A stretch of 64,000 nucleotides of DNA from the NCBI GenBank assembly GCA_964422585.1, contig CAYRBH010000004.1:886-64885 (forward strand), given 5' to 3'. The stretch comes from an uncultured Gammaproteobacteria bacterium. Lineage in GTDB: Bacteria > Patescibacteriota > Patescibacteriia > UBA1558 > 2-01-FULL-52-15. How positions within the stretch are numbered: the first letter of the stretch is position 1; every line of letters begins with the position of its first letter. A program made the position numbers and the translations under genes. Positions 59,168 to 64,000 of this stretch are shown here, in pieces. The notes beneath the pieces are model-generated. The model made no database searches. It was not told where the DNA came from and worked only from the letters and a program-made list of their open reading frames with translations.

Positions 59168-60613
59168 ATGCCCAAAGATACCTCATCACAATCCATTACC
59201 AAACGCGCTGACGATTTCTCGCAGTGGTATTTAGATGTCATTGCGGCCGCTGATTTAGCTGAGCATTCTGAGATCAAAGGTTCGATGATCATCAAGCCAT
59301 ATGGCTATGCGATCTGGGAGCGTATGCAGCGTATTTTAGATGATCGTATCAAAGCGACCGGACATGAGAACGCGTATTTCCCGCTGCTTATCCCTGAGAG
59401 CTATCTGCACAAGGAAAAGGAACATGTTGAGGGTTTTTCTCCTGAGCTTGCCATCGTGACGCATGCTGGCGGGGCGAAGTTAGACGAGCCATTGGTCGTG
59501 CGGCCGACCTCAGAGACCATCATCAATGCTTCATTTTCACGTTGGATACAGTCCTGGCGCGATCTGCCGATGTTGATCAATCAATGGGCTAATATCGTTC
59601 GATGGGAATTGCGACCTCGATTGTTCTTGCGAACGACTGAGTTCCTCTGGCAAGAAGGTCATACTGCGCATCGCACTGAAGCCGAGGCCGAGGCAGAGAC
59701 AAAAAAAATGCTAGAGGAGTATCGCCTCTTCGTTGAGCAGTATCTAGCCATACCGGTCATCGCCGGACAGAAAACTGAAGCTGAGAAGTTCGCCGGTGCC
59801 CTGCGGACCTATACAGTTGAAGCTTTGATGCCGGATGGTAAAGCTTTGCAGATGGGTACGTCGCATAACTTGGGGCAGAATTTCGCGAAAGTGTTCGATG
59901 TGACATTCCTCGACGAAGATAATACCCAGAAGCATGTATGGCAGACTAGCTGGGGCGTATCGACCAGAATGATCGGAGGACTGATCATGGCGCATAGTGA
60001 TGATAAAGGTTTAATGCTGCCTCCCAAGATAGCTCCGACACAGGTGGTTATCATTCCGATCGCGAAGAGCGATGCCGAACGTTCATCCGTCATGCATGTC
60101 GTTAGCCATATCGAGCAGCAGCTGATGGCGGCAGATATCAGGGTAAAGGTAGATATGCGCGAGGGTCAGACCTTCGGGGAAAAGACTTACTATTGGGAGA
60201 AGCGTGGCGTTCCGATCAGAGTAGAGGTTGGCCCGAAGGATATCGAGAAGAAGCAGGCAGTGGTCGTCCGTCGGAATAGGGGCGATAAGTCGCAGGTAGC
60301 TTTGGATGAGCTGGTTGGAAGCGTCGTGAAACATCTGGCAGATATGCAGACGATGCTCTATGAGGCAGCACTGAAGCGCCGCACCGAAGGATCAGTCTTC
60401 GTCGAGAAGTACGACGATTTTGTGGTGGCCATAGAGAAAGGACAGCTGGTGTATGCGCCCTGGGCAGGTACGACAGACGATGAGGCGCAGATCAAAGCCG
60501 AGACCAAGGCGACGATACGTTGTATACCATTCGCATCGCCCTACAAAGGCGGAACGTGCATTAGAACAGGAGTACAGACCAAGGTCATTGCTGTTTTCGC
60601 CAAGTCCTACTGA
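59168..60613 (+). CDS. proS: proline--tRNA ligase (archaeal/eukaryotic-type)
   Basis: DFSQWY, RPTSET, FLRTTEFLWQEGHT, HNLGQNF, TSWGVSTR, FAKSY C-terminus. Confidence 0.97.
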   Translation: MPKDTSSQSITKRADDFSQWYLDVIAAADLAEHSEIKGSMIIKPYGYAIWERMQRILDDRIKATGHENAYFPLLIPESYLHKEKEHVEGFSPELAIVTHAGGAKLDEPLVVRPTSETIINASFSRWIQSWRDLPMLINQWANIVRWELRPRLFLRTTEFLWQEGHTAHRTEAEAEAETKKMLEEYRLFVEQYLAIPVIAGQKTEAEKFAGALRTYTVEALMPDGKALQMGTSHNLGQNFAKVFDVTFLDEDNTQKHVWQTSWGVSTRMIGGLIMAHSDDKGLMLPPKIAPTQVVIIPIAKSDAERSSVMHVVSHIEQQLMAADIRVKVDMREGQTFGEKTYYWEKRGVPIRVEVGPKDIEKKQAVVVRRNRGDKSQVALDELVGSVVKHLADMQTMLYEAALKRRTEGSVFVEKYDDFVVAIEKGQLVYAPWAGTTDDEAQIKAETKATIRCIPFASPYKGGTCIRTGVQTKVIAVFAKSY

Positions 60614-60698
60614 ATTACGTCCTGTTGACATCCTCCCTTTGCAATCTCTCGAAAAGTGCTATAATACCTAGGTTAATTAATAAACCATAAAAAACGTT

Positions 60699-60980
60699 AT
60701 GGCAAAGATGACTAAGTCACAGATGATGTCAGCCCTCGCAGAGAAGTCTGGCATGTCTAAGAAAGACATCGGCATGCTGGTAGAGACCATGGTGAATATG
60801 GCCTATGCCGAAGTTAAGAAGAATGGTGAATTCACCATTCCTGGCATCGGTAAGCTGGTGAAGCAGCATCGTAAGGCTCGCATGGGCCGCAACCCAGCCA
60901 CTGGCGCTGAGATCCAGATCCCTGCTAAGACTGTCTGCAAGTTCCGCGTAGCAAAGGCAGCTAAGGACGCGATCTTGTAA
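60699..60980 (+). CDS. hup: DNA-binding protein HU
   Basis: MTKSQ, IPGIGKL, RKARMGRNPATG, IPAK. Confidence 0.93.
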   Translation: MAKMTKSQMMSALAEKSGMSKKDIGMLVETMVNMAYAEVKKNGEFTIPGIGKLVKQHRKARMGRNPATGAEIQIPAKTVCKFRVAKAAKDAIL

Positions 60981-60998
60981 GCAACTGTACAGAAATTC

Positions 60999-61025
60999 AA
61001 AAAGACCCCCGTAAGGGGGTCTTTT
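60999..61025 (+). terminator. bidirectional intrinsic terminator
   Basis: AAAAAGACCCCC-GTAA-GGGGGTCTTTT. Confidence 0.85.
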
Positions 61026-61130
61026 GTCTGTAAAAGCAAAAGCACCGGGCAAGGGATTGGACCCTGTGCGCCCGGTGCCTCGAGGGATTCGAACCCTCAG
61101 AAACTGATGCTGCTATGCAGGAAAGGAAGA

Positions 61131-61499
61131 TCAGGCAGCGGCGAGGCGGCCGGTAGTGACGTCGAGCCGTTTCAGCATAGATTCGTAGCGTTCCTCGTCA
61201 GGGGTGACCCGGTCGAGGATTTCCCAGTTGCGGTACAGATGGGGGAGCTCAGCGAGATCCCCGATCTCGCGCCCGAGGAGGGCGTCGTCTGCGGGCTTTC
61301 CGTTGCCCGCGATACGCCACATTGGGTCATGCGCTTTGATGCGGAATTTCGTCTTCCACTCGGTCTCGACCACCAGTACGAGTTCGCCCGCGCGAATTCC
61401 GGAACGACCCTCTTCGGTCTCGACGGTTTGGACAGGTTCGCTGCGGCGAACCGGACGCGACGTCGTATCCGAAGCCTTCTCCCTTGCCGAAGCTTTCAT
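61131..61499 (-). CDS. hypothetical protein
   Basis: AAGGAGGAG SD; consensus promoter; downstream terminator GCACCGGGC...GCCCGGTGC-TTTT. Confidence 0.7.
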   Translation of the reverse strand: MKASAREKASDTTSRPVRRSEPVQTVETEEGRSGIRAGELVLVVETEWKTKFRIKAHDPMWRIAGNGKPADDALLGREIGDLAELPHLYRNWEILDRVTPDEERYESMLKRLDVTTGRLAAA

Positions 61500-61616
61500 C
61501 TGTCACTCCTCCTTGATCCTTTTTGACACGGTCCGTATCCCAGACGCATTGTTGCGGTATTCCCCGCCTTCCTTTCTTCCTGTATACAGGATTGAGATGA
61601 ACGAAAATGAATAATC

Positions 61617-61645
61617 ATTATACGATTGTAAGAGTTATTTGTCAA
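61617..61645 (-). promoter_or_regulatory. perfect-consensus sigma70 promoter
   Basis: TTGACA-17 nt-TATAAT on the minus strand. Confidence 0.85.
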
Positions 61646-61688
61646 TATACTTTTTGCATAAAACCTTAAAGGGAAGTAGAATTCGGGC

Positions 61689-63458
61689 ATGACTCCCATT
61701 GAAGAAATCAAATCAAAACTCGCTATTGAGCAGATCATCGGTGACTATATCCCGCTCAAGCAAGCTGGCATGAACTGGAAAGGGCTTTGTCCATTCCACC
61801 AGGAGAAGACCCCCTCATTCATGGTCAGTCAGGACAAGCAGATCTGGCATTGTTTCGGTTGCAATGAGGGTGGCGATGTTATTACCTTCGTGCAAAAGTA
61901 TGAAGGCATGGAATTCCGTGAGGCAGCCGAACTTTTGGCTCAGAAAGCCGGAGTAGTATTGACCGGCTTTACAGCGCCGGACCAAAGTAAGAAGAAAATA
62001 CTCTATGACATCAATGCAGCAGCGCAGGAGTTCTACAGCCGTGAGCTCGCGGGGGATAGTGTTGCGGCGAAGAAAACCCGTGAATATCTTATGGGCCGCG
62101 GTGTAACGAAAGAAATGGCTACAGCCTGGGGTCTTGGTTTATCGCCAGACTCCTGGGACGGACTCTACCTGTACTTGCAAGAAAAGAAGTATGCAGTTGC
62201 AGATATGGTGAGCGCTGGGTTGGTCATTAACCGAGAGCAGAAGCTCTATGATCGCTTCCGGAGACGACTCATGTTCCCCATCGCTGACGCGCAGGGCAAG
62301 GTCGTCGCCTTCACGGCACGTACTTTGCAGTATATCGCCTATGATGAAGAGGACAGCCAGGGCAAGTATGTGAATAGTCCGGCAACGCAGCTCTATACTA
62401 AGAGCCAGGTGCTCTATGGCTTCGATAGAGCAAAGCATGCTATCAAACGTCTCGGCTATGCCATCATCGTTGAGGGTAATATGGACACCATTATGTCGCA
62501 TAGCTGCGGCATAGAGAATGTGGTCGCGGTTTCAGGAACTGCTTTGACTTCAGAGCAATTGAAAGTATTGAAACGCTATACCGATAATATTATTTTAGCA
62601 TTTGACGCTGACTCGGCAGGCTCCGCGGCAGTATTTCGGGGCGTGACCTTGGCGTGGGAGCAGGATATGAATGTGAAGGTCATCGTATTGACCGAGGGTA
62701 AGGATCCGGCGGATATCATTTTGAAAGATCCTGAACTCTGGAAGCAAGCCATCAAGACTTCCATCGGCGTCGTAGATTTCTATATCGAAGCGATTTTCAA
62801 GCGGGTCGATCTGACTCGCGCAGACCATAAGAAGCTGGCGGCACAGAGGATAGTCAGTATTATCAATAAGTTGAAGACCAAGATCGAGCAGGCTCATTAT
62901 GTGACTTTGCTCGCGCAGAAGCTACAGATGCAGGAAAGCATACTCTGGTCTATGGTGGAGACGCCTCAGACGAAGCAAGAGCCTCTGCAGGAAGAAGCGC
63001 CTCGTCCTGATTCGAAGAAAGGGTCGGCATTTTTCTCGGAGCACCTCATCTCCTTCATGCTCCAGTATCCTGATATGGGACGGGCGGTGATCGATGAGCT
63101 TGAGCCGGACATGCTGTCGCCTGACCTGCAGGACCTTTACAAGAAAATAATAGTTCAGTATACTGAGAACCAATTGCCGAACTTTATTGAACTAAGCTCC
63201 GAGCTATCGCCAGATGAGTTGCGTCGCTGGAGCGAACTTGTTTTCCAAGGAGAGCGATTTTATGGAAGCCTGCTCCCAGAGCAGCGCTTACATGAGCTTG
63301 AGAGGTTGCGTAGCCTCGTCATACACGCCTACTACACCGCACAACTTCAGGAATTAACTGAAGCTATCAAGCGTGCGGAAGTGCTGGGTGATCAAGACGC
63401 TTTGGATACGCTGCTCCAGGCATACAATGCACTAAGCAAAAAACGAGTTAGCAGATAG
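61689..63458 (+). CDS. dnaG: DNA primase
   Basis: CPFH-EKTPSF...CFGC zinc finger, DRFRRRLMFPI, KYVNSP, IVEGNMD, AFDADSAG, KDPAD. Confidence 0.97.
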   Translation: MTPIEEIKSKLAIEQIIGDYIPLKQAGMNWKGLCPFHQEKTPSFMVSQDKQIWHCFGCNEGGDVITFVQKYEGMEFREAAELLAQKAGVVLTGFTAPDQSKKKILYDINAAAQEFYSRELAGDSVAAKKTREYLMGRGVTKEMATAWGLGLSPDSWDGLYLYLQEKKYAVADMVSAGLVINREQKLYDRFRRRLMFPIADAQGKVVAFTARTLQYIAYDEEDSQGKYVNSPATQLYTKSQVLYGFDRAKHAIKRLGYAIIVEGNMDTIMSHSCGIENVVAVSGTALTSEQLKVLKRYTDNIILAFDADSAGSAAVFRGVTLAWEQDMNVKVIVLTEGKDPADIILKDPELWKQAIKTSIGVVDFYIEAIFKRVDLTRADHKKLAAQRIVSIINKLKTKIEQAHYVTLLAQKLQMQESILWSMVETPQTKQEPLQEEAPRPDSKKGSAFFSEHLISFMLQYPDMGRAVIDELEPDMLSPDLQDLYKKIIVQYTENQLPNFIELSSELSPDELRRWSELVFQGERFYGSLLPEQRLHELERLRSLVIHAYYTAQLQELTEAIKRAEVLGDQDALDTLLQAYNALSKKRVSR

Positions 63459-63460
63459 CT

Positions 63461-64000
63461 ATGGCAAAGAAAAAAATGCAGATGAAAAAAAAGCCTTCCG
63501 TCAAAAAGAAGGCGGTGAAGGGCACAAAGTCGAAACGCGTATCTTCGAAAAAACTCAAACTCGCAGGTCCTCGCGTCAGAACAACCCTTGATACGCAATC
63601 GGTTGAACGTCTTATAGAAAAAGGCAGGTCACGAGGCTTCGTTACTGAGAATGAGCTGGTACGAGTGTTCATTGAGTTAGAAGATCACATCGAAGAATTT
63701 GAGGATTTTCTGGATGACCTTGATATCATGGGTGTGCAGGTTGTTTCGATAGACGGCGGCATTCTGGACATGGGCAAGGAGGATCGGACTGGAAAAGTAT
63801 TCAGCGATGCCGGCATTGCTCGCGACAAGAAACGGATGGATCTCTCTGATATTTCGGCTGACTCTATCCAAATGTATCTGCGTGAGATCGGTAAGGTGCC
63901 GCTCTTGAACCAAGAAGAGGAAGTTATTTACGCGAAATTGAAGGAAAAGGGTGATGCTGAGGCCCGCAAGAAGCTGGTCGAATCAAACTTACGTCTCGTT
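63461..64000 (+). CDS. rpoD: primary sigma factor RpoD (3'-truncated by the window; missing from the ORF track)
   Basis: Follows dnaG; LIEKGRSRGFVT (region 1.1); DSIQMYLREIGKVPLL...LVESNLRLV (regions 1.2/2.1). Confidence 0.93.
   Translation, partial: MAKKKMQMKKKPSVKKKAVKGTKSKRVSSKKLKLAGPRVRTTLDTQSVERLIEKGRSRGFVTENELVRVFIELEDHIEEFEDFLDDLDIMGVQVVSIDGGILDMGKEDRTGKVFSDAGIARDKKRMDLSDISADSIQMYLREIGKVPLLNQEEEVIYAKLKEKGDAEARKKLVESNLRLV

Overview
A gene-dense bacterial chromosome segment (about 50% GC by eye, standard code). Gene content and style suggest a Patescibacteria/CPR organism (inference): PilB/GspE ATPase, archaeal/eukaryotic-type ProRS, many orphan membrane proteins, few Shine-Dalgarno (SD) sites. 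The housekeeping backbone is tsaD, tsaE, valS, ftsH, rpsA, gyrA, ruvB, ychF, uvrD/pcrA, folD, glyA, phosphomannomutase, trpS, rnj, secG, uvrC, uvrA, groES/groEL with a CIRCE operator, ppsA, tRNA-Ser(GGA), proS, HU, dnaG and a partial rpoD. Main highlights: (1) a decayed integron-like cassette array at 22994-24813, where AT-rich genes are bracketed by their own 23-bp GTT...AAC inverted repeats and split attC-like hairpins, with no integrase in the window; (2) a T-box riboswitch with a non-canonical short Stem I and candidate Val specifiers, ahead of an EEP gene and valS; (3) a translin/TRAX-family protein and an RNase H-like-WYL fusion on either side of the array and uvrD; (4) a mosaic groEL whose two equatorial-domain segments have AT-rich codon usage; (5) about ten scattered GC-rich orphan mini-cassettes with strong SD sites, most with their own promoter or terminator, contrasting with apparently leaderless housekeeping genes; they include an extra sigma70 factor and several unannotated small peptides; (6) a tRNA-Ser 3'-end duplication followed by a small island. 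All calls are from manual reading; no searches were run.
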